A stretch of DNA of 64,000 nucleotides. It comes from an uncultured candidate division Zixibacteria bacterium. Lineage in GTDB: Bacteria; Zixibacteria; MSB-5A5; UBA10806. Below the pieces are notes generated by a model. The model saw nothing but the letters and a program-made list of their open reading frames with translations. It made no database searches and was not told the DNA's origin. Shown piece by piece: positions 43,868 to 53,073 of this stretch. How positions within the stretch are numbered: position 1 is the stretch's first letter; each line of letters starts with the position of its first letter. Position numbers and translations under genes: made by a program. The stretch covers positions 32,001-96,000 of the forward strand of contig CAWFQL010000006.1 of the NCBI GenBank assembly GCA_963817915.1, given 5' to 3'.

Positions 43868-45303
43868 ACGCCCTCCCTCACCAGAACAAGATCATCGGCC
43901 TTAACTCCAGCGACGATCTGAGAGCCGACCGGTTCAGCGGAAAATCCCAATGTCACGCGCGCCCGCACCCAATAATTATTGGAGTCATCGACCATTCCGA
44001 TCTGCCAATCTGACGGTGTCGATTCGCCATCCTGCCAGAAATAGACAAGAGCATCTAGCGAATCGAAATTGTAGCTTCCGGAAGATGGAATAAATTCCAC
44101 CCAATTCGAGCCGTTAAAATATTCCCAGACTACTGTCCCCGAGACTCCCGCGGTCGAAAGCAGAATGGCCGCGCTGAAGAATTTCGATTGTTTTCCGAAA
44201 TAGATACAATCGTCAATCGAATCGATTAGCGCGGATGATTCGGAGTGAAAAATATCAGCCAGAGTCGGGTTGGCGGCAACGGATGACCTATCTTGGAATT
44301 TTGTCGTACCGAGATTATTGTATAGGATTATCTTATCGAATGCGCCTATCGCGGGAGTATAGTTTGAAAGCGAAAATGATTCGCCGGATTTACCCGCGTA
44401 TCTGGGGATATAATAATTTTCCGCGATAAGCCTGGCATAGAAAATATGCGGAATATTATTCACATATCCGATTTGGGGCGATCTTGCCTGGACAGTCTCG
44501 ACTTCATATAGCCCACTCCAAAAGGAACCGTCATTCTCCTTGAAATAAACCTTATTTTCACCTGAGACTATAAAAACAACGCCAAGTTTCTTTTCAGGGC
44601 TCGGCGCGATATCAAAATCATCATCGATATAATTAGCGCTGTGGATTGCGGTTTCCGCTCCCCATGTAGGACCGGAAAGATCGCAGATTCGATAATTCAA
44701 ATCGGATCTATTGACACAATAAACGGCGTATAGCTTTGACGATATCTGGCAGGCGCCGACATAAGCGTTGACAGCGTAGCCCGAGGAAAGCGCGGTGCCA
44801 AGATCGGCGTCGCCAGTACCCCAGGTCGCGCCATCATCCGTTGACGATTTGACTCGTACATAATAATTGGAATCGAGCGAGGTTCGATGATTAACGAAAA
44901 AACACCAGAGCTTGCTATCGCTGTCTTTGATGACTGTTGGATTGTAGTTGTTATCGACAGCGACTACATTCACTTCGGAACCTGCTGTCCAAACCCCTGC
45001 ACCAAACAACAGCTTCACGAATTTAATTTTCCGGTCGGTATTGGTATAAACCAGATAGATATTGCCTGCCGCATCCATATGCGCCCCGAATGGCGAATCA
45101 TAAACGTCGGTAACAATGGCCTGCGGCGATGACCATGATTGATAGGGGTAGTCGGAATAGACGAGAGCGATCGCAGTCGCCGAGCTCATATACAATGCCG
45201 CAGTCCTCCCCTTGAATACACCCGATGGTATTCGAAGGAGCTTCCGTTGGCAGGGCGACCCGGTAGGCCGGGTCGCTGTCGATGTTGTCAAAAGCTTATG
45301 CAT
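43864..45303 (-). CDS. Beta-propeller (BNR/Asp-box) protein with virion-like C-terminal domain
   Basis: SSTDDGATW Asp-box, W-spaced blades, WEYFNGSNW and YWVRARV motifs. Confidence 0.6.
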   Translation of the reverse strand: MHKLLTTSTATRPTGSPCQRKLLRIPSGVFKGRTAALYMSSATAIALVYSDYPYQSWSSPQAIVTDVYDSPFGAHMDAAGNIYLVYTNTDRKIKFVKLLFGAGVWTAGSEVNVVAVDNNYNPTVIKDSDSKLWCFFVNHRTSLDSNYYVRVKSSTDDGATWGTGDADLGTALSSGYAVNAYVGACQISSKLYAVYCVNRSDLNYRICDLSGPTWGAETAIHSANYIDDDFDIAPSPEKKLGVVFIVSGENKVYFKENDGSFWSGLYEVETVQARSPQIGYVNNIPHIFYARLIAENYYIPRYAGKSGESFSLSNYTPAIGAFDKIILYNNLGTTKFQDRSSVAANPTLADIFHSESSALIDSIDDCIYFGKQSKFFSAAILLSTAGVSGTVVWEYFNGSNWVEFIPSSGSYNFDSLDALVYFWQDGESTPSDWQIGMVDDSNNYWVRARVTLGFSAEPVGSQIVAGVKADDLVLVREGV

Positions 45304-45315
45304 CTATTCTGCTTT

Positions 45316-46422
45316 CTACCAGACCGAATCCAGTATCAATGATGCTTCTTTGATGAATTTGGCGTAGGAGAGGGATTCTGATATAACCGCCTCCTCGATT
45401 TTCTGCTCGATAACCTTATCGTATTCAATCATCAATGGCTGGCTGATGACCTCCTCGATCGCGAATCGATTGTCGAGGCCGATCACGTAATCGGTCGGAA
45501 CTTCGTCGCAACGAATCAATGATGCCCCGAGCGGAGATGTTATCTCGCCATTGGTCTGGAAATTGAATCCGATCAACGGATCCTTGAATTCGGCCAAAGT
45601 CAGAATGCTTCTGATTTTGTCTTTATGGCAGATCAGGATATTGGGTTGATATGGATAGAATTCGCTCCAGAATCTGACCAGGTCATCATAATCAAGAACA
45701 CTGGTGACATCGGTATTGATTACCTGGGCGGAGTTGGAATTGCCGTCGCCGTTGATAATAGTATTGACAATCATGGCGATCTTGTCAGATTGCAGACGAT
45801 AACCGATGTACCACAAAAGCACTTTGAATTGCGCCATCGAACGATAGCGAAGCGCCTTGTAGGATACCTTCAACGTCAACCCGTAATCCTGGATCGTGAT
45901 CGTATTGTTTTGTTCGGTGACATTGACCGATGGAATCATGGCCGCCTCGCCGACCGGCCTGAGCGACAGAGCCTTATCCCCGACACCATAGCCGACATGG
46001 ATCGGTGAATAACGAGACGATGATACATTGGAGCTCGATGACAAGAGCCGTCCCAATTCAGGGCGCATCTCCATGCCTCGTCTGATTTCGCGAAGCATGA
46101 ATTCAGGCATTAATGCCGGCGCGCCGCGATAAAATAACTCGACTGTAACGGGGTTCTTGCCGCCGGTGCGAAGCCCCTTCATTGCTAATTGCCGTTCGAA
46201 AGCGTCGAGCGGCGAGCCGGCCGGGCTGGGATCGAATTCGGGCAGTTCCAGAAGCTCAGTAAGCGATATTCCGCGAGCCTGGGCTTCGAGATATGTATCG
46301 CGTGTGACATCTATCTTCTTCGCGCGAGAGAAATCGACCGATTTCCCTCCGCTGTTTTTGGATTCGCCGGCTGTAGCCATGGCGATATTGAAATCAGATG
46401 ATAACAGTTTTTCAAATTCCAT
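45316..46422 (-). CDS. Phage-type major capsid protein (HK97-fold predicted)
   Basis: 368 aa; LDAFERQL, PEFMLREIRRG, VGEAAMIP, YG..L.VSY.ALR, IINGDGNSNSA, LDNRFAIEEV...IEYDKVIEQ; follows protease and decoration genes. Confidence 0.82.
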   Translation of the reverse strand: MEFEKLLSSDFNIAMATAGESKNSGGKSVDFSRAKKIDVTRDTYLEAQARGISLTELLELPEFDPSPAGSPLDAFERQLAMKGLRTGGKNPVTVELFYRGAPALMPEFMLREIRRGMEMRPELGRLLSSSSNVSSSRYSPIHVGYGVGDKALSLRPVGEAAMIPSVNVTEQNNTITIQDYGLTLKVSYKALRYRSMAQFKVLLWYIGYRLQSDKIAMIVNTIINGDGNSNSAQVINTDVTSVLDYDDLVRFWSEFYPYQPNILICHKDKIRSILTLAEFKDPLIGFNFQTNGEITSPLGASLIRCDEVPTDYVIGLDNRFAIEEVISQPLMIEYDKVIEQKIEEAVISESLSYAKFIKEASLILDSVW

Positions 46423-46456
46423 TATTTTCTCCTTAATGGTTTAAAATTGATATTGA

Positions 46457-46879
46457 TTAATTGAGGATAAGAGTCACATCCGATGTACCATTGACGTCGA
46501 TAACAGTCCCGCGGGCGACATTGCCGCCTGCCGGATCATAACCGGCCAAAACGGGCGCCTGCCTGACAGCACCCGTGCCGCTGACAACCACACGATTGCC
46601 AATTGCGGGTGTAGTAGCCGCTGAAGGCAACTTACAAATTCCACCGATTTGTACAGTGGCTACTCGCTTCCCGTTATCAGCATCGGTGAGTGAAAGATCG
46701 ATAAGCTTGCCCAACAACATTCCGCCGCTGGCTCCTAGCCCGACTTCGTAATTGGCTATGATGGTCACAGCCTTTCCGATATCGGTATCCCTGAGGTCAT
46801 CGACCCCCGCGGTCTGGTGCACCTTGAATGTCGCGGTTAAAAATCCGATTGTTTCCAGGTTTTGATCTCTTACTGCCAT
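46457..46879 (-). CDS. Capsid decoration/cement-like protein
   Basis: 140 aa Gly/Val-rich; DIGKAVT, GKL, ATVQ.GG, G.VRQA; immediately upstream of the capsid gene. Confidence 0.65.
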   Translation of the reverse strand: MAVRDQNLETIGFLTATFKVHQTAGVDDLRDTDIGKAVTIIANYEVGLGASGGMLLGKLIDLSLTDADNGKRVATVQIGGICKLPSAATTPAIGNRVVVSGTGAVRQAPVLAGYDPAGGNVARGTVIDVNGTSDVTLILN

Positions 46880-46917
46880 GAATTCTCCTTTTCTGTTATA
46901 AATTTAGGGTGATATTT

Positions 46918-47163
46918 TTAGCGATAATCTTCTACTGCCAGCAAGGGCAGACGAATTGAACTTTCAGATCCTTTGGTTATCCCTCTGGACTTTTCTTTGG
47001 TCAATTCGGGTCTGAATGATTTTTCTTTTATGTCATTCAGAATGGCAGGCAGAGAATCTAATTTAGATATTATCGCATCCATGTCGAGCTTGCCAGATGA
47101 AAAGCCGTCGGTCAATCCACTTTTGATTTCATTTAGCCTCGTTAAGATTTCATCAAATTCCAA
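46918..47163 (-). CDS. Small helical protein, possibly a scaffold fragment
   Basis: TTG start with AAAGGAG RBS; coiled-coil-like; lies between protease and decoration genes. Confidence 0.55.
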   Translation of the reverse strand: MEFDEILTRLNEIKSGLTDGFSSGKLDMDAIISKLDSLPAILNDIKEKSFRPELTKEKSRGITKGSESSIRLPLLAVEDYR

Positions 47164-47194
47164 TCGATACTCCTTTCATTTGAATAGTTTTTGT

Positions 47195-47500
47195 TCAGTG
47201 ATTTGCTTCGCTTTTTAGAATCGCCTTGTCTTCTTTTGCCAGCACAGTCTCGATAGCAGTCAGCTTACCGATAACCTCATTCTTGAATGTCGAAAGGTCT
47301 TCCTTGGTGGCGAATCGTTCATTGATGACAGATTCCAATCTTGCCAGTCTGACATTCATTTCAGTCACATAACGTTCTTCTGCTTTCCCGGCGAGCTCGA
47401 CCCGCAATCCGGTGTAAATCGCGAAATATCCCGACAAGGCCGCGGCCAGCGAAATCGCCAATGTTATCAAATACTTTATCAATGAGTCTTTCTCGGGCAT
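47195..47500 (-). CDS. Single-TM coiled-coil protein (holin/XhlA-like architecture)
   Basis: TM LITLAISLAAALSGYFAIY then coiled coil with ATKEDL; GAGG RBS. Confidence 0.6.
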   Translation of the reverse strand: MPEKDSLIKYLITLAISLAAALSGYFAIYTGLRVELAGKAEERYVTEMNVRLARLESVINERFATKEDLSTFKNEVIGKLTAIETVLAKEDKAILKSEANH

Positions 47501-47515
47501 ATAAGCCTCACTTCG

Positions 47516-48334
47516 TTAATTAGACTTAATAATCAGGAATGATTCGCTGTTATAATTTGCTATGGCGGCTTGATAGTTTGGTGGATATGCTATCAGCTTC
47601 GCGGTTTTGTTTTCGGCTTTCAGCGGTAGAATGCGAACCAACCTTTTCGATAAATAGGTGAGCGGAATTTCGACAAATCTTGAAATACCGTCGATTTCAA
47701 TTTCGATCTTGTTATCATCCTCGCGAGATAATTTGTCGGTTATGAATGTGCCCTTGACCGAGCCGCGATAGACTAATGATGTTTCCAATACTTGCGTAAT
47801 ACCATTATAGATGAAATGCGCTTTCTCGGCGGATTGGCCTGACGAATAATCGATATCATGCGGGCAACCGCGCATATCCTGGCCGCAGATTGAGCATTCG
47901 GGGAAATTATATGAGAATGATATCGAGCATTCCTTGAGAACACCGGAATCGATTTTGGTCAATAGATCGTCGGGCTCATCGGCTTTAGTTGTCGGCCAAT
48001 AGAAATAGGCTTTGAGCCATTGAACACCATTTTTCTCTTCGATCTCTGCATGAAATGTGCGTGCCAAAGGCGCCTGCGAATGATCATGACCGACTAATAC
48101 GGGCGTATCAATAATCAGGCTTTTCAATTTCGATAAATCCTCTTTTCGAAATCGGCCGCCATGGGAATTGACAAGATTATTGACAACATACATGGCGCGG
48201 ATATTGACATTTTTCGGAGCTACGAATCGCGGCGGCTTGATATTATCGTTAATCAATGACGCCAGATAATTGAGTCTGACATTCGGGCTATCCAATGTGA
48301 GCTCACAAGTAAGCATTTCAGTTAATTTTTCCAT
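47516..48334 (-). CDS. Prohead (capsid maturation) protease-like protein with CxxC...CxH zinc motif
   Basis: ATG 48334 with GGAGGA; PVLVGHDH, IDSGVLKECSISF, CSICGQDMRGCPH, LETSLV. Confidence 0.72.
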   Translation of the reverse strand: MEKLTEMLTCELTLDSPNVRLNYLASLINDNIKPPRFVAPKNVNIRAMYVVNNLVNSHGGRFRKEDLSKLKSLIIDTPVLVGHDHSQAPLARTFHAEIEEKNGVQWLKAYFYWPTTKADEPDDLLTKIDSGVLKECSISFSYNFPECSICGQDMRGCPHDIDYSSGQSAEKAHFIYNGITQVLETSLVYRGSVKGTFITDKLSREDDNKIEIEIDGISRFVEIPLTYLSKRLVRILPLKAENKTAKLIAYPPNYQAAIANYNSESFLIIKSN

Positions 48335-48421
48335 TAATCCTCCATTCTCCACCTCTCGGGGGTTTTCAAACCAAATGCTCATTGAACCAGTTTATGAGAG
48401 TGATAAGGATGAATCCCGACC

Positions 48422-48545
48422 ATGCAATATGCGCATGAAATTGCATAAATAATTGACAAATAGTCAGGCAGCCGATGTCCATCATATTAAATATCAATGA
48501 GTTATGTGACTGTAAAAAAGAACTTACATCGGCACGGATATTGCA
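48422..48545 (+). promoter_or_regulatory. Sigma54 promoter with enhancer palindrome and IHF site
   Basis: ATGCAAT-N11-ATTGCAT (48422-48446); TATCAATGAGTTA matching IHF WATCAANNNNTTR (48492-48504); CGGCACG-GATA-TTGCA -24/-12 (48530-48545). Confidence 0.8.
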
Positions 48546-48555
48546 TTTTCTATGG

Positions 48556-48710
48556 TTTGCATGGGTGTTTAGATTTTAGATAGATTTCTCCGCTTAGTGC
48601 CCTCCCCGCCAAGCGAGAAACGCGCCAGTCCTAAGAGGAACGGTCCCCAATACGTTCCAATTGAAGGCCGGTCTTTCACTCCCTCCTTGAGATCGGTCTT
48701 CTTTTTTTTT
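48556..48710 (+). ncRNA. Candidate small RNA with three hairpins and C-rich loops
   Basis: Starts at the predicted sigma54 +1; hairpins 48585-48620, 48637-48658, 48663-48701; ends in a U9 tract; no credible ORF. Confidence 0.65.
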
Positions 48711-49148
48711 CGCATATATTTTTTCGATACCGCATCGTCGACATTCTCCATAAAGCCTGTCATTCCGGCCCCCGAGCCCGTCAAGGGCCGGGCCGTTGAC
48801 GGCCGGAATCCATCTTCTCTTGTGAGTGGCAGAAGCTCAAATTTATTCCGTTATCTGCCAAAGATTATCTAATTGCCCGATTTCCTTTTGGGATTATCTT
48901 ACGCGTCAAGCCTTGCCCGCCAAACAAACGGCGGATATACCCTGACCACAAAAAAAGCGGGATGCGGTCACGGCAAGCCGCGACTCGCAGGATTGGGACA
49001 GAGAATAATGATTGCGAAAATCTACATCTTAGTATATAATTATATTATATTAAGTATTATTGAAGGAGCCTGAGATGGCGGAAATCCGAATAGCTGGAAT
49101 TAGAATATTGCGTCATTCGCGATTCGCCTGAGATTAGCGAGGGAAGAA

Positions 49149-51272
49149 ATGAAGAAATTTTATTTCAATTTGATTGTGCTTGTAATCTTGGCCAATGCTG
49201 TATTGACGCCTTTGCCAGCTTCCGCCCAGAATGTTGAATATATCGGCTCAACTCTGTGGGCCGGAGTCAATGATGTTAAGGCAGTTGGCAATTACGCTTA
49301 TTGCGCTTTTGCGAATGGCTTAATGGTGCTTGACATCTCAAATCCAGATTCTCCTTCATACTTGAGTCAATGTTATCTTCACGGAGAAGGTGAGGGAATC
49401 GATATCTCCGGAAATTATGCTTACGTGGCGGATGGGTATTCCGGCCTTCAAATAATAGACATAACCGAACTGGCTAATCCAGTATTTGTAGGGCGCTACG
49501 ATACGCCGGGCTCCGCTATGGGAGTCTTCGTCAGGAATGATTACGCTTATGTGGCAGATAGTTCTTCAGGCCTTCAAATAGTAAACATATCCGATCCGGC
49601 TAATCCGGTTTTGGCAGGAAGTTATGATACGCCTCATTGCGCTTTTGGAGTAGATGTCTCGGGCAACTATGCTTATGTAGCGGATGGGAGTACCGGCCTC
49701 CAAGTGATAAACATTGCTGACCCGGCCAACCCCTTATTGGCAGGAAATTGTCATACGTACGACTGGGTTTACGCGGTTTTTGTCCAAGGGGATTACGCTT
49801 ATGTCGCTGAATCGGAAGCTGGAATTCGAGTGATTAGCATAGCCGATCCGACCAACCCATTTGTCGTCGGGAGTTATGATACGTGGGGCTATGTAAATGA
49901 CATTTTTGTTCTTGGCAATTACGCCTATTTGGCGGCCAGATCAACTGGCCTTGAAGTGCTCAACATCTCCGATCCCGCCAATCCATTGCTGGTCGGGAGC
50001 TATGTTACGCAAGGCTATGCCAACGAAGTTTATGTCCAGAACAATAGCGCTTATGTTGTTGATGAATATTATGGCCTTCAAGTGATAAATATATCCGACC
50101 CGGCAATTCCTGAGTTGGCTGGCAGTTATGTCACGGCAGGCCGTTCCAATGGGGTTTTTGCTTTGGGGGAATATGCCTACGTTGCAAAAGGCGATGCAGG
50201 TCTGCAGGTGATAAATATTTCCAATCCTGTCAATCCAGTGTTAACCGGAAGTTTTGTTACTCCAAGTAATGCTCTGGCGGTTTTTGTCCAGGGCAATTAT
50301 GCTTATGTTGCTGATTATATCTCTGGACTTCAGGTAATAAACGTGGCCGACCCAGCTAATCCGATACGGGTTGGAATCTTTGACCCGTCTGGCGGTTGTC
50401 TTGATGCTTTTGTGCAAGGCAATTATGCATATCTCGCGGATGAATCTTCCGGTCTTCAGATCGTCAACATTACCGATCCGAACCATCCCGCATTAGTTGG
50501 TAGTTTTGACATGCCTGGCATGGCCGAGGCAGTCTTTGTCTCTGACATTTATGCATATGTAGTTGCCAGTTATAGTGGTTTGGAAATTCTCAACATCTCT
50601 AATCCGGCCAATCCGTTATTAATAGGGACATTTGCTACCCCTCGTGACGCCGTTGATGTTTTTGTGGCCGGTAATAATGCTTACCTAGCCGAGGAATTCG
50701 GCGGAATACAAATTGTAAATATTTCTAATCCGGCTAATCCCATATTGGCCGGAAGCATTAGTCCGCCGGGCTATGCCTATGGAGTAGTTGTCGATGGCAA
50801 TTACGCTTATGTAGCGGATTGGACTACTGGTATCCAAGTGATCAATATATCCAACCCGGCCCATCCAGTGCTGGCCGGAGGTTATGATACGCCCGGCTAT
50901 ACTGGAGAGGTTTTTATCATGGGCGATTATATTTATGCAGCGGATTTGACCTCGTTAATGATTCTTGTAAATAGCACGACCGGAATTGATGATGCCGAGG
51001 AAATACCAAATAGATTTTCTCTTTCTCAGAATTACCCCAACCCCTTTAACGCCCAAACTGTGATTCAATATTCATTGCCAACCCAATCGGAAGTCTCAAT
51101 CGACATCTTCGATATACTTGGACGCATTGTTAAGAATATTGCCGAAGGGATGAAACCAGCGGGTGATCATCAAGCGATATGGGATGCTGGAGATCAGGCA
51201 TCTGGGATATATTTCTATAGAATTAAGGCCGGGGATAAGGTCGAGACGAGAAAAATGACGCTGCTAAAGTAG
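49149..51272 (+). CDS. LVIVD-repeat beta-propeller protein with C-terminal YPNPFN sorting domain
   Basis: About 13 repeats of V.V.GNYAYVAD...GLQVINISDPANP...G; signal peptide; SQNYPNPFN. Confidence 0.92.
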   Translation: MKKFYFNLIVLVILANAVLTPLPASAQNVEYIGSTLWAGVNDVKAVGNYAYCAFANGLMVLDISNPDSPSYLSQCYLHGEGEGIDISGNYAYVADGYSGLQIIDITELANPVFVGRYDTPGSAMGVFVRNDYAYVADSSSGLQIVNISDPANPVLAGSYDTPHCAFGVDVSGNYAYVADGSTGLQVINIADPANPLLAGNCHTYDWVYAVFVQGDYAYVAESEAGIRVISIADPTNPFVVGSYDTWGYVNDIFVLGNYAYLAARSTGLEVLNISDPANPLLVGSYVTQGYANEVYVQNNSAYVVDEYYGLQVINISDPAIPELAGSYVTAGRSNGVFALGEYAYVAKGDAGLQVINISNPVNPVLTGSFVTPSNALAVFVQGNYAYVADYISGLQVINVADPANPIRVGIFDPSGGCLDAFVQGNYAYLADESSGLQIVNITDPNHPALVGSFDMPGMAEAVFVSDIYAYVVASYSGLEILNISNPANPLLIGTFATPRDAVDVFVAGNNAYLAEEFGGIQIVNISNPANPILAGSISPPGYAYGVVVDGNYAYVADWTTGIQVINISNPAHPVLAGGYDTPGYTGEVFIMGDYIYAADLTSLMILVNSTTGIDDAEEIPNRFSLSQNYPNPFNAQTVIQYSLPTQSEVSIDIFDILGRIVKNIAEGMKPAGDHQAIWDAGDQASGIYFYRIKAGDKVETRKMTLLK

Positions 51273-51283
51273 GGAGAGAGAAA

Positions 51284-52918
51284 TTGAGAACTATTATATT
51301 ATTGGCTGCGTTCACGTTGGTCTCTACGGTACAAACATTGAGATCGCAAGAACAAATTTCCCTCCTGCCTAATGGCGGTCATTATATAGCAAATAAAATC
51401 ATAGTCACCAATAAATATGGCACGGCTAACTATGCTATCGGAAAGAATATATCGGGTTTCGCAACGACGGGGATAGCATCGATCGATAAATTATGCAGTG
51501 AAATTGGAGTAATCGCTATCGAACCTTTCTATCCAGGCCGCCTTACCAAGCCTAACCTTAAACGGGAACTTGCCAGGATTTATATTTTCACGTTGAAGGA
51601 TGGCATTGATGCTCAAAATATCTTGGGTAGATTTGGTGACGATCCTAATATCGAATTCGCGGATTTGTATGCTGTTCCGGAAGTCTGCTATATTCCCAAT
51701 GACCCGCGTTTCGCCGAGCAGTGGTTTTTGTCGCGCATCCAAGCAGATGATTGCTGGGATATAGTCAGGGGCGACGCCACGCGTTCTGCTGTAATTGGAA
51801 TCGATGATACGGGAGTATATTGGGACCATCCCGATCTTTTCGCCAATATCTGGGTCAACGCGGCTGAAGATGTCAACCATAACGGAATATTTGACCCAGG
51901 CGACAATGATAATATTGACGCTGACAGCAATGGTTATATCGATGACGTAATCGGCTGGGATTTTGGAAACCACGATAATAATCCAAGAGAGGACACCCCC
52001 ATTCATGGCACTATGATTGCCGGATGCGCGTCCGAAGTGACAGATAATGATATCGGCGGCGCCGGGATCGGCTTTTCCGCAAGGTTGATGTGCGTGAAAG
52101 GATCAAATTCGCAGGGTGATCTCGTAGCTGTTTACCTGGGCATTATATATGCGGCTGAGAATGGCGTTAATGTTATAAATTGTTCCTGGGGTTCACCCAA
52201 TTATGTCGGTGCTTACCAGGCGATTATTAACGCCGCATATCAGGATGGAGTTTTTATCGTGGCCGCGGGAGGCGGCACCTCCAATTTAATCTACCCTGCT
52301 GCCTATGACCATGTATTGGCTGTTACCGCTTCTGATCAATATGACCATCTCCTTCCAGGGTTTGGATTCGGATACTGGGTTGATGTTGCCGCGCCGGGCG
52401 AAGCCATTCTCTCGACCTGGGGGCAATCAGGTTATCAATTCACTTCAGGATCGTCATCTTCATCCGCCATTACTTCCGGATTAGCCGGGCTGATCAAGGC
52501 TTGGCATCCTTCGTATAATCCCGATCAGCTGGATACGTTGATTAGGATTTCGGCAGATTCTATCGGTAATCAAAACCCGAACTACCCGAATGCGATTCGT
52601 ATCAACGCCTTCAATTGGCTCAACTTCACAAAAATTGAAGATGCCAAGATTCCCGAAAATTTTTCATTTTCCCAGAACTACCCTAATCCTTTCAACGCCC
52701 AGACCATGATTCAATACTCGCTGTCGGAGCAGGCTGATGTTTCAATCGATATCTTTGATATACTTGGACGTAATGTTGTGAATATTGCCGAAGGATTAAT
52801 GCCGGCAGGAAAGCATCTAGCGGTTTGGGATGCAAGTGAGCAGGCATCGGGAATATATTTCTACAGAATCAAGGCCGGGGATAAGATTGAGACAAAGAAG
52901 ATGGTTTTGATGAAATGA
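51284..52918 (+). CDS. S8 (subtilisin-like) peptidase with C-terminal YPNPFN sorting domain
   Basis: IDDTGV, HGTMIAG, NCSWG, YPAAY, DVAAPG, SGSS; SQNYPNPFN. Confidence 0.88.
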   Translation: MRTIILLAAFTLVSTVQTLRSQEQISLLPNGGHYIANKIIVTNKYGTANYAIGKNISGFATTGIASIDKLCSEIGVIAIEPFYPGRLTKPNLKRELARIYIFTLKDGIDAQNILGRFGDDPNIEFADLYAVPEVCYIPNDPRFAEQWFLSRIQADDCWDIVRGDATRSAVIGIDDTGVYWDHPDLFANIWVNAAEDVNHNGIFDPGDNDNIDADSNGYIDDVIGWDFGNHDNNPREDTPIHGTMIAGCASEVTDNDIGGAGIGFSARLMCVKGSNSQGDLVAVYLGIIYAAENGVNVINCSWGSPNYVGAYQAIINAAYQDGVFIVAAGGGTSNLIYPAAYDHVLAVTASDQYDHLLPGFGFGYWVDVAAPGEAILSTWGQSGYQFTSGSSSSSAITSGLAGLIKAWHPSYNPDQLDTLIRISADSIGNQNPNYPNAIRINAFNWLNFTKIEDAKIPENFSFSQNYPNPFNAQTMIQYSLSEQADVSIDIFDILGRNVVNIAEGLMPAGKHLAVWDASEQASGIYFYRIKAGDKIETKKMVLMK

Positions 52919-53073
52919 TCGTTTTTCCCGAAATAGAATAATCGATCCTGCATTTTAAGGACAAGATAGATTCCGCATCAAGTGCGGAATGACAGAATGT
53001 AAAGATATGCAGCGGTCAAAGGGTACCCCGCCTCAGGAGGACGAGACATTACTCGCTGGAAACAAGCCAGCCC

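Noticed and set aside
39532..48334. Complete prophage or classical encapsulin
   Set aside because: No integrase, terminase, portal, tail, endolysin or att sites; protease and decoration genes and the absence of a cargo enzyme do not fit described encapsulin operons
48556..48710. CsrB/RsmZ-like RNA on the minus strand (loops would read GGA)
   Set aside because: Promoter and U-tract both indicate plus-strand transcription; kept only as a weaker alternative
48569..49073. ORFs 48569..48784, 48597..48872 and 48873..49073
   Set aside because: No convincing start context or protein features; they cross hairpins, a terminator and palindromic repeats
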